From a virus (lineage: Duplodnaviria > Caudoviricetes), in the IMG/VR virus record IMGVR_UViG_3300034120_000898, positions 1-58,885 of that record: 58,885 nt of DNA. One strand, written 5' to 3'. Each line of letters starts with the position of its first letter. Positions within the stretch are counted from its first letter, which is position 1. Both the position numbers and the translations under genes were made by a program. Below, in pieces: positions 31,391 to 40,085 of this stretch. The notes under the pieces were generated by a model. It was not told where the DNA came from. It made no database searches and saw only the letters and a program-made list of their open reading frames with translations.

Positions 31391-33112
31391 TTATAATATA
31401 AATGGTAATTTTACTGGTAGACTTCTATTGGTAGTTGTTCCATCTCCTAATTGTCCGTCATAATTACCTCCCCATGCTGATAATGTTCCGTCAAATCCTA
31501 GTGCTATCGTATGAAATGCACCAAGACAAATTTCTTTAAATGGTGGTAAATTTTTTACTTTTACTGGTGAACTTCTATTGGTAGTTGTTCCATCTCCTAA
31601 TTGTCCAGCATCATTCCTACCCCATGCTGATAATGTTCCGTCAAATCCTAACGCAAACGAGAAATCCAAACCCGTAGCGATTGTTTTAACTGGTGGCAGA
31701 TTTATTTTTACTGGTAACCTTCTATCGATAGTTGTTCTATCTCCTAATTCTCCGAAATTATTCTCTCCCCATGCTGATAATGTACCGTCAAATCCTAGTG
31801 CTAATACATGATCTCCAGTATTAGCAGCTATGGTTTTAACTGGTGGTAAATTTTTTACTTTTACTGGTAAACTTCTATCGGTAGTTGTTCCATCTCCTAA
31901 TTGTCCGTTATAATTATTCCCCCATGCTGATAATGTTCCGTCAAATCCTAGTGCATATGCAGATGTATTTCCACGAACAAAAATTTCTTTAACTGGTGGT
32001 AAATTTTTTACTTTTACTGGTAAACTTCTATTGGTAGTTGTTCCATCTCCTAATTGTCCAACAGCATTATTCCCCCATGCTGATAATGTTCCGTCAAATC
32101 CTAGTGCATATGCTTGAACATGCCCTACATCGATTGCTTTAACTGGTGGTAAATTTTTTACTTTTACTGGTAAACTTCTATCGGTAGTTGTTCCATCTCC
32201 TAATTGTCCGTTATAATTATTCCCCCATGCTGATAATGTTCCGTCAAATCCTAGTGCTAACGACATAGAATCACCAACAGAAGTTGCTTTAACTGGTGGT
32301 AAATTTTTTACTTTTACTGGTAAACTTCTATTGGTAGTTGTTCCATCTCCTAAATTTCCAAGAGCATTATTCCCCCATGCTGATAATGTTCCGTCAAGTC
32401 CTAGTGCTATCGTATAATATCCAGTCGTAGTAATACGTTTTAATTCTGCTAAATAAGCCACATTACTGCTAGCTGTTCCAACTATACTGTCTGTAGCAAC
32501 ACATTGATAAGCAGCAAAATCTGTTAATCCAACAGGATTTATTCGTAATAAATCCGAAGTTTTTCCTAATAATTGTCCTGTATCTTTTCTGCTCCATTGG
32601 TAGGTTATGGACCCTGGTCCCACGGCACTAACCATAAATGTCGCAAGATCACCAACATTGGAAATTACATCAAAAGGTTGGATAACCCATGTTAAAACGC
32701 CTAGAGGTGGAGGTGGAGGTGGTGGAGGTGGTGTAATACATCCTGTTAACACACTTAAAGCCACTAACATTAATTTTACTTGCTCTCGATAATAATCAAA
32801 ACAATTATCGTCAGTAATTACTAAAGGAATTAAAGTTCCGCTATTGTCTTTGTCTAATATAACAGTTTGTCCAAGTACTGGATTAAAAATAATATCTCCG
32901 TATCCAGCTTTTTTTGGTATTGCCAAAGTAGGTGAGCTAACAATATAATTATTGTTTCCTACAGTTACTCCTGCTTTACTTACTCCGTCTCCTACATGAA
33001 GGTGTGTTTTGTCTGTTAAGTACACTAATTCACCAGAATCGAAAGTTATATTATTCGCTTCGCTTGCAATTCCTTTTCTTAGCTTTACTTTTGCTATCCT
33101 TCTGTGTATCAT
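31391..33112 (-). CDS. adhesin: Mtd_N-like anchor, poly-Pro linker, I-set Ig domain, 7-repeat RCC1 propeller
   Basis: 'VKLRKG...GELVYLTD..HLHVGDG'; P9 run; 'QPFDV...G..ATF...ITYQW....D.A.YQCVAT'; 7x 'ALG.DGTLSAWG.N..G.LGD.TT'. Confidence 0.85.
   Translation of the reverse strand: MIHRRIAKVKLRKGIASEANNITFDSGELVYLTDKTHLHVGDGVSKAGVTVGNNNYIVSSPTLAIPKKAGYGDIIFNPVLGQTVILDKDNSGTLIPLVITDDNCFDYYREQVKLMLVALSVLTGCITPPPPPPPPPLGVLTWVIQPFDVISNVGDLATFMVSAVGPGSITYQWSRKDTGQLLGKTSDLLRINPVGLTDFAAYQCVATDSIVGTASSNVAYLAELKRITTTGYYTIALGLDGTLSAWGNNALGNLGDGTTTNRSLPVKVKNLPPVKATSVGDSMSLALGFDGTLSAWGNNYNGQLGDGTTTDRSLPVKVKNLPPVKAIDVGHVQAYALGFDGTLSAWGNNAVGQLGDGTTTNRSLPVKVKNLPPVKEIFVRGNTSAYALGFDGTLSAWGNNYNGQLGDGTTTDRSLPVKVKNLPPVKTIAANTGDHVLALGFDGTLSAWGENNFGELGDRTTIDRRLPVKINLPPVKTIATGLDFSFALGFDGTLSAWGRNDAGQLGDGTTTNRSSPVKVKNLPPFKEICLGAFHTIALGFDGTLSAWGGNYDGQLGDGTTTNRSLPVKLPFIL
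31421..32440 (-). repeat. 7-unit coding tandem array: ~120-bp near-identical scaffolds alternating with unique 30-33-bp segments
   Basis: Unit length 147-153 bp. 31835-31954 and 32138-32257 are identical over 120 bp. Confidence 0.95.
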
Positions 33113-33117
33113 AACAA

Positions 33118-34863
33118 TTAAAATAATTTTATTCTAGTATTTATTGGTACATTACTATCAGTAGTTGTTCCGTTTCCTAATGTTCCGTATTTATTATTTC
33201 CCCATGCTGATAATATGCCATTAAATCCTAATACATATACAATATAATTTCTTCCTGTAAGATCTCCAGGACCACCATCTTGATAAACACCTGCATAAAT
33301 ATCTTTAACTGGTGGCAAATTTATTTTGATTGGTACTTTACTATTAGTAGTTGTTCCGTCTCCTAATTGTCCAAAATTATTACCTCCCCATGCTGATAGT
33401 GAGCCATCAAATCCTAGTGCATAACTAGTAAACATATTAGAAGCAATTTTTTTGATTGGTGGTAAGTTTATTTTAATTGGTACTCTACTACTAGTAGTTG
33501 TTCCATCTCCTAATGAAACAGTTGTATCCGTATTACGCCCCCAAGCTGATAATGTATTATTAACTCCTAATGCATATACAATACATCTTTGAGTAGAAAT
33601 TTGTTTAACTGGTGGCAGATTTATTTTGATTGGTACAAAACTGCTAGCAATTGTTCCATTTGCGTGTTGCCCAAAATTATTACGCGCCCATGCCGATAAT
33701 CCCCCGTCAAACCCTATTGCAAAGCAACAATGATTTGCATCAACATGAAGTTGTTCAAATGGTGGTAGATTTATTTGTATTGGTATTCTACTACCAGTAG
33801 TTGTTCCGTTTCCGTATTCTCCCCACGAATTACTTCCCCATGCTGATAATGTTCCATCAACTCCTAATGCATAGCAACATCTACTTCCACCTAAATTAGG
33901 ACCAATATAGAATTGTTTAACTGGTGGCAGATTTATTTTAATTGGCACATTGCTACTAGTAGTTGTTCCGTTTCCTAATTCCCCTGCGCTATTACGCCCC
34001 CATCCTGATAATGTGCCGTCAATTCCTAGTGCATATGATGATTGATAACCAGCAGCAATATCTAATATGTTTGATAAATGTATTTTAATTGGTGATAAGC
34101 TATTAGTAGTTGTTCCGTTTCCTACTAAACCAAATCCTACATTATATCCACCCCATGCTGATAATGTGCCATCAAATCCTAGTGCTAATGTATGTAACCC
34201 TGTAGTAACAAATTTATACTCTTTTATTTCATCCAAATAAACCACATTACTGCTAGTAGTTCCAACTATACTGTCTGTAGCAACACATTGATATCCAGCA
34301 TAATCTGTTACTAAAACAGGATTTATACTCAATGTGTTTGAAGTTTTTCCTAATAATGGTCCTGTATCTTTTCTGTTCCATTGATATGTTATGCTCCCTG
34401 TTCCTATCGCACTAGCAGTGAACATCACAGTATCACCAACATTAGCAGTTACATCAAAAGGTTGAATAGTCCATGTTATACCTCCTAAACATGCTTTTAA
34501 TTCGTTAATTTTATTCCATAAATCTATTATTCGACTCCTCAAATTGATGCATATAGAGGTATCATATATTAAAATTAAGTTCAATTCTCCTGTAGGTTCC
34601 ATGCCTACTATATAAGTTTTTCCTAATGTCTTGTCGTGTATAATATCGCCATATGCACCATTATATGGTACAGTAGTAACTACAGTCGATATAATGTGAT
34701 TTTTGTTAGATACTAAAATGCCACCATAAGTAGTACCATCTCCTATGTATAGTCGTTTTCTATCAGTGATATAAACGAATTCGCCTAGTTCAAAGATAGT
34801 TCCTATTCTTTGTTCTTCAGTTCCTCTCCTTACTTTAATACTACCTGTTCTACGATCTATCAT
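33118..34863 (-). CDS. paralogous adhesin: Mtd_N-like anchor, I-set Ig domain, 7-repeat RCC1 propeller
   Basis: 'IKVRRG...GEFVYITDRKRLYIGDG'. Ig domain is highly similar to the neighbour at DNA level. 7x 'LG..G.LS.W..N..G...GT'. Confidence 0.85.
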   Translation of the reverse strand: MIDRRTGSIKVRRGTEEQRIGTIFELGEFVYITDRKRLYIGDGTTYGGILVSNKNHIISTVVTTVPYNGAYGDIIHDKTLGKTYIVGMEPTGELNLILIYDTSICINLRSRIIDLWNKINELKACLGGITWTIQPFDVTANVGDTVMFTASAIGTGSITYQWNRKDTGPLLGKTSNTLSINPVLVTDYAGYQCVATDSIVGTTSSNVVYLDEIKEYKFVTTGLHTLALGFDGTLSAWGGYNVGFGLVGNGTTTNSLSPIKIHLSNILDIAAGYQSSYALGIDGTLSGWGRNSAGELGNGTTTSSNVPIKINLPPVKQFYIGPNLGGSRCCYALGVDGTLSAWGSNSWGEYGNGTTTGSRIPIQINLPPFEQLHVDANHCCFAIGFDGGLSAWARNNFGQHANGTIASSFVPIKINLPPVKQISTQRCIVYALGVNNTLSAWGRNTDTTVSLGDGTTTSSRVPIKINLPPIKKIASNMFTSYALGFDGSLSAWGGNNFGQLGDGTTTNSKVPIKINLPPVKDIYAGVYQDGGPGDLTGRNYIVYVLGFNGILSAWGNNKYGTLGNGTTTDSNVPINTRIKLF

Positions 34864-34872
34864 ATAAATAAA

Positions 34873-35055
34873 TTATCGAAATTTTACATATTCAATATGA
34901 GGTTTATTTTTACATAAATGACAAATTTCTTTTTGTGTAAATTCATACACCAAACCACTTTCTTGAAAGTATGTTTGTATTTCTAGTAATTCTTCATCAG
35001 AAAGATCTTTGGTTGTTACATCTTTTTTTATTAATTCTTTTATTCTTTTATCCAT
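34873..35055 (-). CDS. small hypothetical protein (60 aa) with CxxC
   Basis: Fills the gap between two large genes; CHLC...H. Confidence 0.6.
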   Translation of the reverse strand: MDKRIKELIKKDVTTKDLSDEELLEIQTYFQESGLVYEFTQKEICHLCKNKPHIEYVKFR

Positions 35056-35057
35056 AA

Positions 35058-37070
35058 TTAACCTCCTATTCTATATTGAACAAGTAAATTCGCATCGCTA
35101 TTAAATTTAATAGTTATTAAATCTGTTGTATTACAAGACATAGGTATTGTAACTGTAGAAGATGTTGTTCCTCCTCCAATTTCAGTTAATGTTCCTGCTA
35201 CAGATTTATAAATTTTAAATCCATCGGTGTTTTCATTTAAAAATGTATATGCAGTTCCTCTTCTTAAACTTGCAAAAATGTAATAACCCCATGTTGATGG
35301 AGTAACATAAAAAGCTGCTTTGTACCAACCACCAAAATTATATTGCTTGATATATATACCAACGCCAGTTTCTAATTTTATTTTAAGAACATTTGGTGTG
35401 TAGGTATCTGCTTGTGTATAATCAACTATATAACCCAAATCTTCTAATGCTCCCAAAGATATTTTAGACAAAGGCATATCTGAAGAGTTTTCTGCATTAG
35501 AAGACATTAATTCTCCTATCATAGCATAGGCTCCTCCTGTTATATTACCATAATATGTTCTGTTATCGTATCCTGTTAAAATTCCATAAGTACTAAAATC
35601 TGGAATACCTTCATACCAATGACTTCCGTATGATCCTGCACCCAAAATACTTTCTACTGGAATCGCAGTAACATTAGAAGAAAATGTTTGGTTATAATGA
35701 TATACAGCTTTTGAAGAATTTCCTACTGAAGTATTTGGATTGTATGCTATACTGTATGTGGTATCGCCTCGTTTTCTACCTTCAACCAATAAAGATCCTT
35801 GACTATTTGCTGTTCTAGATCCATCTCCTCTATTTATAGTATAGAAAATATTTCCTGTAGGACCGAATGGGTTTGTATTAGAGGTGTCTCCAGCACCAAC
35901 TATAAAACTTCTATGTACGTTAGAACCAACTCCGTAATCTAATACATGCCATTCTGTACCAAATCCTAATGTATGACCTAATTCGTGTAAAACCGTGTAA
36001 TATAATTCAGAAACTCCTAAATCTGTTATAGGATTTAATGATGTTGAAAATTTTCCAGAATTCAAAATGATATATCCAACGACAGGAATTCTATTAGATT
36101 TTGATCCAATATATTGTCTAGAAAAAAGTTTTCCAGCATATCCTAATGTATCTGATAATGAAGCTACTGAGTTCCAATTTTCTTGACCTATTGTTAATAT
36201 TAATCCGTCAAAATATTCGTCCTCAAAAGGATTTGGCAATATTTCTCCATATCCAGCAAAAACTGTGTACATTGTACCAGGAACTTTATACCTAGGAAGT
36301 TTAGTATTTTTTAAAATATTTGACCATCTATTAGCAGCAGAAATAACAATATCTTTTACAGAATCTGTCCATGCAGGTGTAATTGTATCTTTTACAAATA
36401 TTAATTTTATTTTATATCCTTGATCTATCTCGTATATATCAAACGAATATTGGTCGTCTAGAGTATCATTAGTAAATACTCCAATATCTCCATAAACAAC
36501 CCAATTATTAATATCAGTTTTTAGTAAATTAATTACAGAATTTTTTTCTTTTGATACTATTTTATATCCAGCAAGTTCTATGTTGGAGTTTAATGTGACT
36601 GCATTGGTTTCTACATCTATTTCTATGATACCTGTGTTCTCTTGTACTAAGACAATCTGCGTTCCGATAGGAATTGGTTGTGAGGCATTCGATGGGACTG
36701 ATACAGTTACTTTACTTGTGGAATTTACTTTTACTATATAGCCTGCTTCGCTTACATTAAGTAATGTGTCATTATAAATAGTTTTTACTCTAAAATTACT
36801 AGATAATTTAAATTTACTACTTGTAGAATCATATATTATAACATTTCCATTAACTGCTCCAGTGCTTACTATAGCACTAACATCTAGAGTAGTAGTGCTT
36901 GTGCCTGATGAAGTATTTACTCCATCCAAAACAAAAGATTTTATTTGCTGTAAATTTGCTTGATATGTGGTTCTAGTAAGACCAAACCCATCCAATTGAG
37001 AAATTGGTAATACGTCCCCTGCTGTACAAGACAGAGGAAGTGTTGGCAAATTTATTATTTTAATTCCCAT
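35058..37070 (-). CDS. tail-associated protein with a leishmanolysin-like (M8) zinc metallopeptidase domain
   Basis: 'AANRWSNIL', 'VLHELGHTLGFG', 'GSYGSHWYE', 'GELMS', 'PLSKISLGALEDLGYIVDY'; fibre-type N-terminus 'IKIINLP...GDVLPI'. Confidence 0.8.
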   Translation of the reverse strand: MGIKIINLPTLPLSCTAGDVLPISQLDGFGLTRTTYQANLQQIKSFVLDGVNTSSGTSTTTLDVSAIVSTGAVNGNVIIYDSTSSKFKLSSNFRVKTIYNDTLLNVSEAGYIVKVNSTSKVTVSVPSNASQPIPIGTQIVLVQENTGIIEIDVETNAVTLNSNIELAGYKIVSKEKNSVINLLKTDINNWVVYGDIGVFTNDTLDDQYSFDIYEIDQGYKIKLIFVKDTITPAWTDSVKDIVISAANRWSNILKNTKLPRYKVPGTMYTVFAGYGEILPNPFEDEYFDGLILTIGQENWNSVASLSDTLGYAGKLFSRQYIGSKSNRIPVVGYIILNSGKFSTSLNPITDLGVSELYYTVLHELGHTLGFGTEWHVLDYGVGSNVHRSFIVGAGDTSNTNPFGPTGNIFYTINRGDGSRTANSQGSLLVEGRKRGDTTYSIAYNPNTSVGNSSKAVYHYNQTFSSNVTAIPVESILGAGSYGSHWYEGIPDFSTYGILTGYDNRTYYGNITGGAYAMIGELMSSNAENSSDMPLSKISLGALEDLGYIVDYTQADTYTPNVLKIKLETGVGIYIKQYNFGGWYKAAFYVTPSTWGYYIFASLRRGTAYTFLNENTDGFKIYKSVAGTLTEIGGGTTSSTVTIPMSCNTTDLITIKFNSDANLLVQYRIGG

Positions 37071-37076
37071 ATGTAT

Positions 37077-37082
37077 TATTTA
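37077..37082 (-). promoter_or_regulatory. late promoter core TAAATA (6-nt spacer variant)
   Basis: TAAATA-N6-ATG(37070). Confidence 0.55.
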
Positions 37083-37085
37083 GTT

Positions 37086-37535
37086 TTATGCTAAAATTAA
37101 CTCATCGGAATCAGTTAATATATTTATATCATTATCCGTCATTAATATACGACCACAACAGTTTGTTTGTATTTTGGTTATTAGATCATCTATATAAGAC
37201 AAATCATTCAAAATATCATTGTAAAATCCAGTAGAACTTGCTATTGTTATTGACAATAGATTATTTACTCCAGTATTATTGGTAGCTATATAAGTTTGAT
37301 TATCTGTAGTATTATATGCTAATTCACCTCTTTCGAATGTATCAGGCTCATTATTTAAATCTGTTATAAATTTATTTTTACGAGTTTGACAAATTCCTCC
37401 TTGAGATTTATTATCTCCAATAAAAACTCTTTGTGTATCTGTTGTGAACACAGGTTCTCCATCCTCAAACACAACTTCTTTTCTTTGACGATTGAGTCCT
37501 CTTCTTATTCGAATTCTTTTTAAATGTTTGTCCAT
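37086..37535 (-). CDS. small Mtd_N-like adaptor protein (start probably ATG 37535)
   Basis: 'IRIRRG...GEPVFTTDTQRVFIGD'; C-terminal 'ILMTDNDINILTDSDELILA'. Confidence 0.7.
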   Translation of the reverse strand: MDKHLKRIRIRRGLNRQRKEVVFEDGEPVFTTDTQRVFIGDNKSQGGICQTRKNKFITDLNNEPDTFERGELAYNTTDNQTYIATNNTGVNNLLSITIASSTGFYNDILNDLSYIDDLITKIQTNCCGRILMTDNDINILTDSDELILA

Positions 37536-37540
37536 AAAAT

Positions 37541-38833
37541 TTACCATTTTATTGCATATATTAATGCTATGTTTTTTGGTCTAGTTTCTAATCCAGAAGG
37601 ATCTCCTATTGGTGGAGTGTATTCGGTTCGCCCTGGGGATCTTCCTCCAGCTATATCTTTGAAGGTTTCGCCTCCTTTTATTCCAACCGAATAAGGAACA
37701 GCAGTGCCAGTAAACATAATGGGCGACCCTGGTGTGGGAAAAACTCCATATGGATGCCCAATTATTCCTAAATATGGATTAACTATACAAATGCTTGGTA
37801 AGGAAACAGCATCAATCCAATTATTATAAGTAAGTTGCTTATCATTTGATATACCATGTAGATAATGAAAATGTGATTTGTATGTATCAATCTGATATGA
37901 TCCTATTAGCCTATTAGGTTCTTGATCTATATTTTTAGAAGTTTTTTCGTCTTTTCTTTTTTTATCTAAATGTCTAACAAACAAACCTCTCAAATCAGGA
38001 ACAGAAAATTGATACGATGGAATCGAAGGATCAGTATAAAGATACCCTATTTTTGAAAATAACTCAGGAAATGTAACTATATCATATGTTTTGCCATCAC
38101 ACTCAAGCCACCCCTCGGGAAGTCCCAACGCAGCAAACATAGCTATTTGTCCTATAATAATTTCATGTCTGTGTGCATTTGGTGTTCTAGGTTCTACGAT
38201 TGGAGGATCTGGTTTTGTTGGATCTTCTCCTGTAGTAATTTTAACAACTCTTAAAGTTCTTATATGAACTATACCTGTAGCCCTTTCTATCCATAAAGGA
38301 CATGAAGCATCAGGGTCAGAATAAACATTTTTAATATAAAAATTATTATCAGAATCATTATTTACTTTTAGAGTGAATAAATTTTTATCAATGATCGAAT
38401 CGTTCGGATTCCCATATATCAACTCATAATGATCTAAGGTATTTTGAGAATCTCTTATTCTAAGTTTTCCTGATTGAACTGTACTCAATGCTCTTAGAGA
38501 AACATCAGAAGATTTTTCGTATATAATTATATCATTTATCGCACCTCCACCAATAAGTGATACGTTTCCGTTTATTTGAACATTCCCAGTAACAAAAAAA
38601 TCTCCTCCAACAGATAAAGATTTAGATATCGTCACATCTCCTCGTATATCAGTTTTAAGTCCAGAACCTCCAACTATCAATGCTGTTCTAGTTCCCAATC
38701 CATCATATACTTGTTGCACAGCAAAAGCCGTAGAAGAAGGCACAACACTATGAGGCATATGTAGAAGACCTTGAAAAGTTCTAGATATTCTATAATTTGA
38801 TAAATCTGTTGCTGTATCTTCTGGTATTGCCAT
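37541..38833 (-). CDS. short-tail-fibre-like protein with tail-collar domain
   Basis: 'IGQIAMFA...PEGWLECDG...FSVPDLRGLFVR...IGSYQ.D..KSH.H...ETRPKNIALIYAIKW'. Confidence 0.85.
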   Translation of the reverse strand: MAIPEDTATDLSNYRISRTFQGLLHMPHSVVPSSTAFAVQQVYDGLGTRTALIVGGSGLKTDIRGDVTISKSLSVGGDFFVTGNVQINGNVSLIGGGAINDIIIYEKSSDVSLRALSTVQSGKLRIRDSQNTLDHYELIYGNPNDSIIDKNLFTLKVNNDSDNNFYIKNVYSDPDASCPLWIERATGIVHIRTLRVVKITTGEDPTKPDPPIVEPRTPNAHRHEIIIGQIAMFAALGLPEGWLECDGKTYDIVTFPELFSKIGYLYTDPSIPSYQFSVPDLRGLFVRHLDKKRKDEKTSKNIDQEPNRLIGSYQIDTYKSHFHYLHGISNDKQLTYNNWIDAVSLPSICIVNPYLGIIGHPYGVFPTPGSPIMFTGTAVPYSVGIKGGETFKDIAGGRSPGRTEYTPPIGDPSGLETRPKNIALIYAIKW

Positions 38834-38837
38834 ATAA

Positions 38838-40067
38838 TTACCATTTTATGGCATAAACCATTGCCATGTTTTTAGGTCTAGTTTCTTTTGCTAAAGGATC
38901 AGACGCATCTGGAAAGTTTTCGGTATAACCACCAGATCCTTTTTTAATTACATTTGTTGCACCAACACCTACAGAAACACCAGCACCCGAAGAGGTAATC
39001 CCTGGTGGAGTAATAGATACATATACCAGTGCAATCGCATAGCTACTATATACATCTAGAGAACCATCACTAATATTGTGTAAATCGTGTTTATGACTTT
39101 TTAGTATATCTTGTTGTACCGATCCTATTGCTCTAGAAGTGTCAGTATCTTGAAAAACGTGTCCTGTTTCTCCTGTTCTTACATGATCCCAACCACGAAC
39201 AAACAAACCTCTTAAATCAGGAATTGCAAATTTAGAAGATCCTATAACTGTTCCAGAAGAATAGTTCCATTTTATTATTGCAAATAATTCTGGAAATAAT
39301 GCGGTGTCATAAAGACTTCCATCACACTCTAACCATCCATCAGGCATGGTATTTGGAGAAGTAGCTCCGTTATATGCAGAAACGGGAAAAATAGCAACCA
39401 TTCCTATAGGAATTTCATTTCTTTTTGGATCTGGCGTTCTTGGATATGTTGGTGGAGGTCCAACAGGATCTTTTGGATCTGGTATGGTAATAATTTTGCT
39501 TACCTTTAAATATCTTATATTAACTTCTCCTGTGGCTCGATTTATCCATAAAGGAGAAAACAAATCAGGCTGGAAGTAATCATTTTTGATATAAAAATTT
39601 CTAGATAAATCATTATTAACCTTTAAGGTAAATAAATTCCTATTATTATTGATAATATTAGGATTTCCGTAAATTAATTCGAAATTTTCTGAAGATTCTC
39701 TTATTCTAACTTTTCCTGCTTCTAAACCATTAAGAGATCGTAACGAAACTTCTGATCCTACATTATTAATTGTTACATCGTTTATAGTACCTCCGCTTAA
39801 TAAAGATACATTTCCACCAATTGCAGCATTTCCAGTTAAAGAAAAATTTTGACTTACAGATAAAGATTTACTAATACTAACATCACCAGATATATCTGCT
39901 CCCATGTTAATACCACCAAGAGTTAATGCTGTTGGAGTACCTTGACCATCATATACTATCTGTTTTTCGAATGTAGTAGTATCGATACTATGGGGCATAT
40001 GCATCAAACCCCGAAATGTTCGTGATATTCTTCTTCCTACTAAATTGCTTGCAATTTCTTCTGCCAT
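38838..40067 (-). CDS. paralogous short-tail-fibre-like protein with tail-collar domain
   Basis: 'IPIGMVAIF...PDGWLECDG...FAIPDLRGLFVRGWD...ETRPKNMAMVYAIKW'; collinear with 37541..38833. Confidence 0.85.
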   Translation of the reverse strand: MAEEIASNLVGRRISRTFRGLMHMPHSIDTTTFEKQIVYDGQGTPTALTLGGINMGADISGDVSISKSLSVSQNFSLTGNAAIGGNVSLLSGGTINDVTINNVGSEVSLRSLNGLEAGKVRIRESSENFELIYGNPNIINNNRNLFTLKVNNDLSRNFYIKNDYFQPDLFSPLWINRATGEVNIRYLKVSKIITIPDPKDPVGPPPTYPRTPDPKRNEIPIGMVAIFPVSAYNGATSPNTMPDGWLECDGSLYDTALFPELFAIIKWNYSSGTVIGSSKFAIPDLRGLFVRGWDHVRTGETGHVFQDTDTSRAIGSVQQDILKSHKHDLHNISDGSLDVYSSYAIALVYVSITPPGITSSGAGVSVGVGATNVIKKGSGGYTENFPDASDPLAKETRPKNMAMVYAIKW

Positions 40068-40072
40068 ATGTA

Positions 40073-40078
40073 TATTTA
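40073..40078 (-). promoter_or_regulatory. late promoter core TAAATA
   Basis: TAAATA-N5-ATG(40067). Confidence 0.7.
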
Positions 40079-40085
40079 TGTTAGT

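Noticed and set aside
31421-32440. CRISPR array (repeat-spacer look, with 30-33-bp unique segments)
   Set aside because: The repeats are ~120 bp, everything stays in frame within an RCC1 ORF, the unique segments encode the expected RCC1 strand pattern, and no cas operon is present.
31391-34863. Diversity-generating retroelement target
   Set aside because: No reverse transcriptase or non-coding template repeat in the window. Variation includes length changes and non-adenine positions. A remote DGR cannot be fully excluded.
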